DNA of 63,876 bases, the filler included, from Caldilineae bacterium (GTDB lineage: Bacteria > Chloroflexota > Anaerolineae > DTLA01): NCBI GenBank assembly GCA_037446815.1. It is 9 parts of 9 records of this genome, joined end to end, with 100 filler letters (N's around TTAATTAATTAA, not from the genome) between each part and the next. Parts side by side here need not be neighbours in the genome. Positions count along the whole stretch, not along the records: positions 7,230 to 14,326 come from JBBIHX010000150.1; positions 14,427 to 21,488 come from JBBIHX010000151.1; 7 more parts are not named here. One strand, given 5' to 3'. The position numbers were made by a program, and so were the translations under genes. The notes under the pieces are model-generated. The model was given only the letters and a program-made list of their open reading frames with translations, was not told the DNA's origin and did no database searches. Shown here piece by piece: positions 9,487-18,151 of this stretch (the stretch's first letter is position 1; every line of letters begins with the position of its first letter).

Positions 9487-10516
9487 AGGTTTGCGTTTGC
9501 CTCAATGCGATATTCAGGATGCGAAGCGCCATGTCGGCGTAGGAGTATCCGGCCGTGCGCGCGGCGCGGAAGAACCCCGCGTCCGGCGACAGGTCGGGGT
9601 TGCAGTTGACCTCTATGACGTAGGGGATGTTTTCCTGGGACAGGCGCATGTCCACCCGCGCGTAGCCCTGGCAACCGATGGCCTTCCACGCCTTGAGCGC
9701 GGTGCTGCGAATGCGATGGGCGACCTCGGGTTCCACGTTGGCGGGGCACACCACCGGCGTGTGGGTGTAGGCGAATGAGTCCTCAATCCACTTGGCCGAG
9801 AAGGATACGATGCGCTCCAGCGGGTCGCGGAAGGCGCTGAAGTCCACTTCGGCCAGCGGGAGCACCTGCGGCGGGTCGCCCCAGATGGAGATGTTGAACT
9901 CGCGGCCCGCGATGAATTCCTCTACCAGCGCGGCCTGGCGATAGGTGCCGACCAGCCGAGCCACGCGCTCGCGCATCTCGTCTAGCGACCGCACCACGGC
10001 GCCGCTCTCTATGCCCTGGCTGGCGTCTTCGGCCACCGGCTTGACGATGGCGGGAAGCGATAGGGTGCCGAGATGCTCTTCGGCCACCTCGGCGGGATGG
10101 CGGAACAGCCGCCATTCGGGGGTGGGCACCCCGGCCCGCCGCAGGGCCTCTTTGGCGCGCGCCTTGTGGGTGGAGAGGGCCAGGGCTTCGGCGCTAGACC
10201 CCGTGAATCGGTAGCCCATGGCCTCAAGCGCCCAGGCGATGCGCACCTCCTCAAAGAGCCGACCGCCCAGCCCTTCACCCAGGTTGAACACGACCCACTC
10301 GGTGGCGGGGTAGGGCTGAAGGGCCGACTCCACATCGGCGGTGATGGCGACCAGCGCGACCTGAAGCCCGGCTTCGCTAAGCGCCTGGCCAAGGGCATGG
10401 GCGCAGCCGATAACCGCCTGGTCGGCGACGATGTCTTCCGGGTTGCCCTTGACCAGGGATTCGCTTCGGTTGTACACAATCGCAACGCCGCGAGGGCACT
10501 CGTCGGTGTCCATCAT
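9359..10516 (-). CDS. D-Ala-D-Ala ligase-like ATP-grasp enzyme (2)
   Basis: VFNLGEG, FTGS, VKPVAEDASQGI, VEEFIAGREFN, YARVDMRL, IEVNCNP. The ORF overlaps the GNAT start by 128 nt. Confidence 0.88.
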   Translation of the reverse strand: MMDTDECPRGVAIVYNRSESLVKGNPEDIVADQAVIGCAHALGQALSEAGLQVALVAITADVESALQPYPATEWVVFNLGEGLGGRLFEEVRIAWALEAMGYRFTGSSAEALALSTHKARAKEALRRAGVPTPEWRLFRHPAEVAEEHLGTLSLPAIVKPVAEDASQGIESGAVVRSLDEMRERVARLVGTYRQAALVEEFIAGREFNISIWGDPPQVLPLAEVDFSAFRDPLERIVSFSAKWIEDSFAYTHTPVVCPANVEPEVAHRIRSTALKAWKAIGCQGYARVDMRLSQENIPYVIEVNCNPDLSPDAGFFRAARTAGYSYADMALRILNIALRQTQTYDTSRPTRRRGSHSSDHDARWGLQPVGNPVRGRTVEPVPATR

Positions 10517-11562
10517 TCTCCCCCAAGCCGGTAACGTTTCGCCGCCAGATGGAGGATCTCCAGAATCAGCGTGTTGTAGGGCAGGTTCTCGCCTCTGGCG
10601 GCCAGGACGATGTCGCTGTAGGTTGGATTCAGCCCGGGCAGGGTGTTGATTTCCATCAGGTAGGGTTGGCCGTCGGCGCCCAGGCGGAAGTCCACCCGCG
10701 CCACGTCCAGCCCGCCGATGGCCTCAAATGCCCGGACGGCCAGGTTCTTGAGCGTGTTCTCCAGGCTCGCGGGAATCGGGGCCGGGCACAGGTACTTGGG
10801 GCCCAGGGGCATCTCGGACTTGATGTAGCCGGTGTACAGGCGTTCCCCGTGGGAAAGGTGGCTCACGTCTATCTCCATGACGGGCAGCACATGGAAGCCG
10901 CGCTCGTCGTAGAACGCCGACGGCGGGCGCTCGCCAGGGGCAAGGGTGTTGCCGAGGAGGCCGACGGTGAACTCCCTGCCGGGAAGATAGGCTTCCACCA
11001 GCGCGGGCTGGCGGTAGGTCTGGATGACCCAGCGCACCTGTTCGCGGAGCGCGTGCTCATCGCGGACGACGGAGCGGGCGTTGATGCCCATGCCGGAGCC
11101 CTCGCGGGACGGCTTGACGAATAGCGGGAACGCAAGCGAAGGGTCCAGCGGCTCGTCGCCACGGTAAAAGGCCTGGAAGGGCGCAGTAGGCAGGCCCGAG
11201 TCCCGCCAGATGCGCTTGGTTACCACCTTGTCCAGCGAAATGGCGTGGGTGAGCACTTTGGACGCGGTGTAGGGGATGCCGAGCATCTCCAAGAGCGCAG
11301 GCACATGCGATTCCCGGGATTCGCCGCGCAATCCCTCGCAGATGTTGAAGCAGATGTCGGGCCTTGCGCGGCGAATGGTGTCCAGGAGGGTCTCATCGCC
11401 CTCCAAGGGGATGACCTCGTGCCCGCCCGATTCCAGCGCCGACTTCAGCCCCTCTACGGTCTCCTCGGAGTCGTATTCCGCGAGCGCGTCTTCGGGGGCG
11501 TCGGGAGACACGGGTACGTGCTTCTTCAGATTGTACAGCAAGGCTACGCGCAAGCGCCTCAT
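10513..11562 (-). CDS. D-Ala-D-Ala ligase-like ATP-grasp enzyme (1)
   Basis: FNICEG, LGIPYT, SLDK, FVKPSREGSGMGI, EAYLPGREFTV, ARVDFR, MEINTLPG. ATGA overlap with kamA. Confidence 0.9.
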   Translation of the reverse strand: MRRLRVALLYNLKKHVPVSPDAPEDALAEYDSEETVEGLKSALESGGHEVIPLEGDETLLDTIRRARPDICFNICEGLRGESRESHVPALLEMLGIPYTASKVLTHAISLDKVVTKRIWRDSGLPTAPFQAFYRGDEPLDPSLAFPLFVKPSREGSGMGINARSVVRDEHALREQVRWVIQTYRQPALVEAYLPGREFTVGLLGNTLAPGERPPSAFYDERGFHVLPVMEIDVSHLSHGERLYTGYIKSEMPLGPKYLCPAPIPASLENTLKNLAVRAFEAIGGLDVARVDFRLGADGQPYLMEINTLPGLNPTYSDIVLAARGENLPYNTLILEILHLAAKRYRLGGE

Positions 11563-12905
11563 CGTCGCACAACCTCAGCGTCGCGGACGGTAGCGCGAAC
11601 CGGGATGGGAGGCTCGCGATGGTGGATGTCATCCCAGCCCTGCGGCGCGATGGCCAGACGCTCGCCGCTCAAGAGGCCGGCGACGCCTTCCTGCCCGCCT
11701 TCGGAGTGCCGCTGCTGGCAGTAGGCGCAGGTCTTGGGGTCGTGCGAGACGTAGTCGTCGGGCTGCGTGTAGGTGCTGATGAAGCCCTCGTAGTTGCGGA
11801 CGATGACGCGTGTCTCGGACATGCTGATGAGGTAGTTGGGCAGGATGGGCACCTTGCCGCCGCCCGCCGGCGCGTCTATCACGTAGGTCGGGATGGCGTA
11901 GCCCGACGTGTGCCCGCGGAGCGCCTCCATGATCTCAATGCCCTTGGCAACGGGCGTGCGGAAGTGCCCCGCGCCGTGGACAAGGTCGCACTGGTACAGG
12001 TAGTAGGGCCGCACGCGGTTCTTCACCAACTTGTGCACCAGGGCCATGATGATGTTCGGGCAGTCGTTCACGCCCGCCAGGAGCACAGTCTGGCTTCCCA
12101 GCGGGATGCCGGCATCGGCGAGTTTGTTCACGGCCTGCTCAACCTCGGGCGCGAGTTCCTTCGGGTGGTTGAAGTGGATGTTCACCCAGAGCGGATGGTA
12201 CCGCTTGAGGGTGTTGACCAGTTCATCGTTGACGCGCTGGGGCAGGAAGACCGGAACCCTCGTGCCGATGCGGATGACTTCCACGTGCGGGATGGCGCGC
12301 AGGCGCGCTAGAATGCCATCCAGGACCTTCAGGGGCAGCGTGAACGGGTCGCCGCCCGAGATGAGCACGTCCCGCACCTGGGGGTTCGCCGCGATGTAGG
12401 CAATCTGCCGCTCATAGTCGGCAAGCGAGAACTGCGCATGGGAATCGCCCACGACTCGGCTGCGGGTGCAGTAGCGGCAGTAACTGGCGCACTGCGTGGT
12501 TACCAGCATCAGCACGCGGTCCGGGTAGCGATGCACCAGGCCGGGCACCGGCGAATGGGCGTCTTCCGCGAGGGAGTCCTCCATCTCGGCGGCAAACGGC
12601 ACCAGTTCATGAGCCGTGGGGACCACCTGGCGACGGATCGGACAGTTGGGGTCGTCGGGATCCATTAGGCTCGCGAAGTACGGAGTGATGTCGGTTCGGA
12701 ACCGATTTGGGGCGCTGAGCGCGTCCCGCTCCGACTGGGTGAGGTGGATCACTTGTGAGAGTTCTTCAGCGGAACTGAGGCGATGGCTGAGTTGCCAGCG
12801 CCAGTCATTCCACTGGGACGGAGGCACATGCTCCCAGGGATGGGGAGGCCTCCCAGTACCGGGGGGTTCTTCAAATTCCTGTGCTATGGTTTCCACTAGT
12901 CTCAT
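11559..12905 (-). CDS. kamA: Lysine 2,3-aminomutase (KamA family radical SAM/PLP enzyme)
   Basis: HRYPDRVL, CASYCRYCTR (CxxxCxxC), ISGGDP, HFNHP, YYLYQCD, DAPAGGGK (PLP Lys), RNYEG, C-terminal CAYC. Confidence 0.93.
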   Translation of the reverse strand: MRLVETIAQEFEEPPGTGRPPHPWEHVPPSQWNDWRWQLSHRLSSAEELSQVIHLTQSERDALSAPNRFRTDITPYFASLMDPDDPNCPIRRQVVPTAHELVPFAAEMEDSLAEDAHSPVPGLVHRYPDRVLMLVTTQCASYCRYCTRSRVVGDSHAQFSLADYERQIAYIAANPQVRDVLISGGDPFTLPLKVLDGILARLRAIPHVEVIRIGTRVPVFLPQRVNDELVNTLKRYHPLWVNIHFNHPKELAPEVEQAVNKLADAGIPLGSQTVLLAGVNDCPNIIMALVHKLVKNRVRPYYLYQCDLVHGAGHFRTPVAKGIEIMEALRGHTSGYAIPTYVIDAPAGGGKVPILPNYLISMSETRVIVRNYEGFISTYTQPDDYVSHDPKTCAYCQQRHSEGGQEGVAGLLSGERLAIAPQGWDDIHHREPPIPVRATVRDAEVVRR

Positions 12906-12959
12906 CTCCTCGTATTGTAGTGAATGGCTAACTGCGTCTGTTGGGTTTGGTACCCGCGT

Positions 12960-13211
12960 TCACAGCGGCGCTTCAGCGGCGCCCCGAACGTCTGGCGCCT
13001 CCTGGTTGAGCCGGACGCGCTCGCGCAGGATCCAGTCCTTGTCCTGCTCGTCCGGCGCCGGCGGGTTGAAGAGCCAGTCTACCTCGGGCGGATCGGCGTT
13101 GATGACCTCTAGTTTCGCGCCGCAATTGGGGCACGCGATTCTCTCGCCGACCTGCGCGTGCTCTCCGATGTGTATGAACGCCCCGCATTCAGGGCATGGT
13201 GTAGATGACAT
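12960..13211 (-). CDS. LysW-like zinc-ribbon protein lacking the terminal EDWGE
   Basis: CPECGA...GERIACPNCGAKLEV...DP pattern of LysW. Acidic DEQDKDW is followed by a 23-aa extension. Confidence 0.75.
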   Translation of the reverse strand: MSSTPCPECGAFIHIGEHAQVGERIACPNCGAKLEVINADPPEVDWLFNPPAPDEQDKDWILRERVRLNQEAPDVRGAAEAPL

Positions 13212-13328
13212 TTCGTTTTTGTCCTACCTGATCTAACCCCTGCACTACCCGTAGTGGTGTGAACTTGTTCGCCCCACAGCCTGTATCGCTGTGGCGGCGG
13301 GCCTGTGCCCTATTCACAAGCCTCACGC

Positions 13329-13371
13329 ATTATACCCCTAATGTGTTCAAATGGTGTACAAGAAGTGTATC
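13329..13371 (-). promoter_or_regulatory. Promoter (-10 TATAAT at 13329-13334) with three 11-bp-period direct repeats
   Basis: On the + strand GTGTTCA (13343), GTGTACA (13354) and GTGTATC (13365) cover the -35 region. Confidence 0.65.
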
Positions 13372-13422
13372 AGTGTTGTGCACAAAGGCTCCCAGACGTT
13401 GCAACATTTGAACAGGTGCGGC

Positions 13423-14106
13423 CTATGCGTCGGGGTTCTGGAGCCTGTACCCGATGCCGGGGACGGTGAGGATGTAGCGAGGGTTCTTGGGGTCCTGCTC
13501 TATCTTGGCGCGGAGCCGACTGATGAGGCCGCGGACGAGTTCTCGGTCGCCCTCGCCGCTGTAGCCCCATACACGTTGAACAATCGCCTCGGTGGGCAGG
13601 GTCTGGCCCTGGTGCATCATGAGGGTGTACAGCAGGCGGAACTCCAGGTGGGTGAGGCGATGGGGCGGGTGTCCTTCTCGCTGCACGTCTCGCGATGACG
13701 GGTCCAGCGTAATGCTTCCGACGCGGAGGGTGGGGAGGCTGAGCAGGGGCACGCCGCTGCTGCGCCGCAGAAGGGCGCGAAGCCGCGCCAACAGGAGTCG
13801 CGTGCTGTAGGGGCGGTTGAATACCACGTCGGCGCCGGCCTCAAACGCCGCGAAGAGCGAATCCTCGTCCTGCGCGTTGGTCAAGATGGCCAGGGGGACG
13901 TCGGTATCGGCGCGCACCCGCTGCGCCTGCTGTGCGGGGGCGCCCTCTCGGAGCGCGACGACGACCATGTCGGCGGGGCGTTGCGCCCAACTGCGCATGG
14001 CCCGCTCAAGGTCGTTGGCGATGGTTACGGCCAAGCCCACGCGCTGGAGGACTAGCGATAGGATCGCGGTTTCATCGTTGTCGTCGCATACGAGCAATGC
14101 GTACAT
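13423..14106 (-). CDS. OmpR/PhoB-family regulator with an atypical receiver domain
   Basis: Winged-helix LTHLEFRLL...VWG...ISRLRAKIE..P..PRYILTVPGIGY. Phospho-Asp position reads DMVVVA, and the conserved KP reads RP. Confidence 0.9.
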   Translation of the reverse strand: MYALLVCDDNDETAILSLVLQRVGLAVTIANDLERAMRSWAQRPADMVVVALREGAPAQQAQRVRADTDVPLAILTNAQDEDSLFAAFEAGADVVFNRPYSTRLLLARLRALLRRSSGVPLLSLPTLRVGSITLDPSSRDVQREGHPPHRLTHLEFRLLYTLMMHQGQTLPTEAIVQRVWGYSGEGDRELVRGLISRLRAKIEQDPKNPRYILTVPGIGYRLQNPDA

Positions 14107-14229
14107 GCCAGAAGTCCCTTTCGGTCCCGTCAGTCGCCGACGAAGCGGCCGTTGCGGGGCCCGGATGTTTGGCTGTGGGTTACCCGTTCATAAGTATACC
14201 GTGTTCGGGCGTGGGTGGCAAGAATCTCT

Positions 14230-14326
14230 TGGCACGTGGAGTCGGTTTCATCTTTGTTGGTGAAACGCAAAGACACTCTCCTCGTGTGTCGTTGCGAGCG
14301 AAGCGAAGCAACCTCACGCCCCAGAG
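14230..14326. repeat. REP-like repeat module at contig end
   Basis: Reverse complement of the module at 1-80. Confidence 0.8.
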
Positions 14327-14426
14327 NNNNNNNNNNNNNNNNNNNNNNNNNNNNNNNNNNNNNNNNNNNNTTAATTAATTAANNNNNNNNNNNNNNNNNN
14401 NNNNNNNNNNNNNNNNNNNNNNNNNN
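14327..14426. other. Artificial contig linker
   Basis: N44-TTAATTAATTAA-N44. Confidence 0.98.
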
Positions 14427-14460
14427 TTGCAGCCTGCGACAAACTCCAGGAGAGGCAGAA

Positions 14461-17013
14461 ATGACTACATCAGGTGATCACATTTCACGGGAAGAGTTGC
14501 TAGGGTATCTCCGCCGCTACCGAGGGCTGATCGGTGTGCAGAGCAAGGTGCCGGTCAAGGATTCGGCGATGCTCAGCCTGCTCTACACGCCCGGCGTGGC
14601 CGAAGTGTGCCGCGCCATCGACAAGGATCCGTTGCTGTCGTTCACCTACACGCTCCGGGGCAACACGGTGGCTTTGGTCAGCAACGCGTCGGGGCTGTTC
14701 GGCCTGCCGAACGCGTGTCCTGAGGCTGCCCTGGCCCCGTTGGAGGGCAAGGCCATCATCTTGAAGACCTTCGCGGGCGTGGACGCGCTGCCCATCGTTC
14801 TGGACGCGGAGCACACGGCCGAGATGGTGGAGACCATCGGCGCGCTGAGCGGCACGTTCGGCGCGGTGTGCTTGGAAGACATCGCCGCGCCGCGCAGTAT
14901 TCTGGTAACCTCGCTGCTGGAGAAGGCGCTCACGATTCCGGTGGTGAACAACCACCAGGAGATTGTTGCCATCGGGACACTGGCGGCCCTCATGAACGCG
15001 GCCAAGGTGGTAGGTAAGAGCCTGGAGAACCTGAAGGTGGTGATTCAGGGTGCGGGCGCTGCGGCCATGGGGTTGGTGGATTTGCTGGACGAGGTGGGCG
15101 TAACGCAGACCGTGGTCTGCGACCGGCATGGGGCGCTCACGCCGTTCCGCCTGAAGGAGATGAACTGGCTGAAGCGGTACCTCGCGAAGCGCACGAACCC
15201 CGAACGGCGCGACGGGACACTGGCGGACATGCTCCGGGGCGCGGACGTCTTCATCGGGTTCTCGGGCGGCGGGACGCTGACCGAGGAGATGTTGAAGAGC
15301 ATGGCCCCGGATCCCATCATCTTCGCGTTCTCGGTCCCGGACCCGGAGATTTTGCCATCGGTCGCGGAAAAGGCGGGGGCAGCGGTGGTGGCCACGGCGC
15401 GGGACGACTTCCCCAACGGCATCAACATCGCGCTGGTGTTCCCGGGCTTCTTCCGCGGGTTGCTGGATGTGCGCGCGGAAGGCGTGAACAACCGCATGTT
15501 GGTCGGGGCAGCGCGGTGCCTGGCCGACATGGTCACGAATCCGGATCGCTACCGCATCGTGCCCGATGTGCTGGACTTCACCGTCGCGCCGCGCCTGGCG
15601 AAGGAAGTGGCGCGGCTGGCCATAGAAACCGGCATGGCGCGCGTGAAGGCCGATCCGAACGAGATTGAGGAGCGGACTCGGCGCTACATCTACGAGGGGC
15701 AGGCGGCGACGGTGGACGAGCCTCGTGTCGGGCCGGGGGCCTCGCTGGGCGAGAAGGCGATTGACCTGCGGCGGCGCTACCACGGCGCGCTGGAAATCCA
15801 CGCCAAGTTGCCCATCCGCGACCGGTACACGCTGAGCCTGTATCTTTCGCCCAACGACGCCGAGCCGGCCAAGTTGATCAATGAGAATCCGTCCCTCGCG
15901 TATGAACTGACGGCCAAGGGGAATCTGGTGGCCGTGGTTACGGACGGTTCGGCCGTCCTGGGCCTGGGCAACATCGGCCCCCGCGAGGGGTTGCCGGTCA
16001 TGGAGGGGAAGTCCATCCTGTTCCACACGTTCGCGGGGGTGGAGGCGTTCCCCATCTGCGTGTCCACGCAGGATACCGACGAAATCGTGGAGATCGTGCG
16101 GCGGATCGCGCCGACGTTCGGCGGCATCAACCTGGAGGACATCGCGGCGCCTCGCTGCTTTGAGATTGAGGAGAAACTCAGGGCGCTGCTGGACATTCCG
16201 GTGTTCCACGATGACCAGCACGGCACGGCGGTTGTGGTGATGGCCGGCCTCATCAACGCGTGCAAACTGGCGGGCAAGGCGCTGGATTCGGTGCGCGTGG
16301 TCATCAACGGCGCGGGCGCGGCAGGGATCGCCGTGGCGAAGATGCTCCTGGCGGGCGGCGTGAAGGACATCATCCTGTGCGACACGAAGGGCACCATCTA
16401 CCAGGGCCGCAAGCAGGGGATGAACTGGATCAAGGAGGAGATGGCGAAGATCACCAACCGCGAGAAGGTGCGCGGCTCGGTCGCCGATGCCTTGAAGGGG
16501 GCCGACGTCTTCATCGGGGTCTCGGCGCCGGGCGTGCTGACGCCTGAAGTCATCGCGGGGATGGCGGAGAAGCCCATCCTGTTTGCGCTGGCGAACCCCG
16601 ACACGGAGTTCGCGCCACGGCCCGGCGCGCCGCGCGAGGAGGTGGAAGCGGCCATCCGCGACGCGCGGCGGCAGGGCGCGATCATCGCCACCGGTCGCAG
16701 CGACTTCCCGAACCAGGTCAACAACTCGCTGGCGTTCCCGGGCATCTTCCGGGGTGCGCTGGACACCCGCGCCCGCGAGATTAACGAGGCGATGAAGGTG
16801 GCTGCGGCGCACGCCATTGCGACGCTGATTCCGGAGGATCGCCTGGAGCCGGAGCGGTTCATCCCCGGCGGTATGGATTTCGCCGTGCCGCCGGCGGTGG
16901 CGGCTGCCGTGGCTCGGGCGGCCATGGAGACTGGCGTCGCGCGCGTTACGGTGGATCCGGCCCAGGTGGCCGAACGGACACGCCGCTTCATCTACGAGGG
17001 ATACCTGGCCTAG
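14461..17013 (+). CDS. Tandem-duplicated NAD(P)-dependent malic enzyme (two small-ME units in one chain)
   Basis: Two copies of EGK, LEDIAAPR, GAGAA, GADVFIG and FPG.FRG.LD.RA, each ending RR(Y/F)IYEG. RBS AGGAG. Confidence 0.9.
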   Translation: MTTSGDHISREELLGYLRRYRGLIGVQSKVPVKDSAMLSLLYTPGVAEVCRAIDKDPLLSFTYTLRGNTVALVSNASGLFGLPNACPEAALAPLEGKAIILKTFAGVDALPIVLDAEHTAEMVETIGALSGTFGAVCLEDIAAPRSILVTSLLEKALTIPVVNNHQEIVAIGTLAALMNAAKVVGKSLENLKVVIQGAGAAAMGLVDLLDEVGVTQTVVCDRHGALTPFRLKEMNWLKRYLAKRTNPERRDGTLADMLRGADVFIGFSGGGTLTEEMLKSMAPDPIIFAFSVPDPEILPSVAEKAGAAVVATARDDFPNGINIALVFPGFFRGLLDVRAEGVNNRMLVGAARCLADMVTNPDRYRIVPDVLDFTVAPRLAKEVARLAIETGMARVKADPNEIEERTRRYIYEGQAATVDEPRVGPGASLGEKAIDLRRRYHGALEIHAKLPIRDRYTLSLYLSPNDAEPAKLINENPSLAYELTAKGNLVAVVTDGSAVLGLGNIGPREGLPVMEGKSILFHTFAGVEAFPICVSTQDTDEIVEIVRRIAPTFGGINLEDIAAPRCFEIEEKLRALLDIPVFHDDQHGTAVVVMAGLINACKLAGKALDSVRVVINGAGAAGIAVAKMLLAGGVKDIILCDTKGTIYQGRKQGMNWIKEEMAKITNREKVRGSVADALKGADVFIGVSAPGVLTPEVIAGMAEKPILFALANPDTEFAPRPGAPREEVEAAIRDARRQGAIIATGRSDFPNQVNNSLAFPGIFRGALDTRAREINEAMKVAAAHAIATLIPEDRLEPERFIPGGMDFAVPPAVAAAVARAAMETGVARVTVDPAQVAERTRRFIYEGYLA

Positions 17014-17034
17014 CGCCACAACTGCAGTTGCGCT

Positions 17035-17310
17035 TTGTCATTGCCGAGCGGAGCAGCGAATCTCGCGGCATAGCATGACCGCGGCTTGTTCCGGGGCAAG
17101 GTTCTTGGCTCGGTTCCAAAGTCTGTTGGCATCTACTGTCATTCTGATCGGCGAAGCCGCGAAGAATCTCGCCCCTCACCCCAGCCCTCTCCCGAAGGGC
17201 GAGGGCGTATCGCCTTCGGCTCAGCACGACAGAGTGGAGAGGCGGTACGAGGGACGGACCAACACAAGATGGAACCGTGTCAGGTTCTTCGCTCCGCAGA
17301 ACGACGAGTG
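17035..17310. repeat. Intergenic repeat mosaic including a full 95-nt TIR element
   Basis: GTCATTGCCGAGC, GGTTCCAAAGTCTGTTGG, TIR element and AACACAAGATGGAACC modules. Confidence 0.8.
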
Positions 17311-17389
17311 AGTTTGTGGTTCCAGGCGTTTCGGCGCTGGGGAGATGGGCTTCCTGGCCTGTCTCCCCAGAGGGAACATCAAGGGGCAG

Positions 17390-18151
17390 ATGGCACCGGT
17401 ATACCTGCGGTTCTACGCGGAATTGAACGATTTTCTGCCGCCCGAACACAGGCAGGTGGAGTTCCCGCATCCCTTGACGGGGAGGGCCTCGGTCAAGGAT
17501 GTGATTGAGGCGGCCGGCGTTCCCCACACAGAAGTAGACCTCATCCTCGTGAACGGCGTCTCGGCGGATTTTGCTCATCTCGTTTCCGACGGCGACCGCG
17601 TGAGCGTGTATCCCGTGTTTGAGGCGATGGACATCACGCCCGTCGTTCGGCTGCGGCCGCGCCCCCTGCGCAACCCTCGGTTCATCTTGGACACGCACTT
17701 GGGCAAGTTAGCGACATATCTGCGGATGCTCGGCTTTGATGCCTTGTACCGCAACGACTACGACGACGCGACGATTGTGCGCATTGCCTGCGACGAGAAC
17801 CGCATCATCCTCACGCGGGACAAGGGCTTGCTGATGCGGAACGCCGTTACCCACGGGTATTGGGTTCGGGCGACGCGGGCGGAGGATCAGGCGGCGGAGG
17901 TGGTGCGGCGGTTTGACCTGGCGGGCCAGGCGCGACCGTTCACCCGCTGCTTGGTGTGCAATGGCGAACTGCGCGCCGTCGCGAAGGAGGAGGTCGCCGC
18001 TCGCCTTCTCCCGAAGACTCGGCAGTACTACGAGGATTTCTGCGTCTGCAATTCGTGTGGCCGCATCTATTGGAACGGGTCTCACTACGAGCGCATGCGG
18101 CGAACGGTGGAGCGGATCCTGTCTGATGTGCGCGGAGGTGAGGGGAGATGA
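17390..18151 (+). CDS. Ubiquitin-like/Mut7-C RNase domain protein (DUF82-type)
   Basis: N-terminal RFYAELNDFL...SVKDVIEA.GVPHTEVDLILVNG, PIN-like DTHLGKLA..LRMLGFD, LTRD, Zn ribbon RCLVCN...CNSCGRIYW.GSH. Confidence 0.9.
   Translation: MAPVYLRFYAELNDFLPPEHRQVEFPHPLTGRASVKDVIEAAGVPHTEVDLILVNGVSADFAHLVSDGDRVSVYPVFEAMDITPVVRLRPRPLRNPRFILDTHLGKLATYLRMLGFDALYRNDYDDATIVRIACDENRIILTRDKGLLMRNAVTHGYWVRATRAEDQAAEVVRRFDLAGQARPFTRCLVCNGELRAVAKEEVAARLLPKTRQYYEDFCVCNSCGRIYWNGSHYERMRRTVERILSDVRGGEGR

Noticed and set aside
11559..12905. KamA as EpmB (EF-P modification) or as part of lysine fermentation
   Set aside because: It has the long form with a C-terminal extension, and there is no efp/epmA or kamDE/kdd/kce on the contig. 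The context is ATP-grasp/GNAT. A role in trans cannot be excluded.
14500..17019. Long antisense ORFs (839 aa here; also 38155-40674, 4356-6188, 35847-37613, 40885-42813)
   Set aside because: They are shadows of GC-rich genes on the opposite strand and carry no family motifs.
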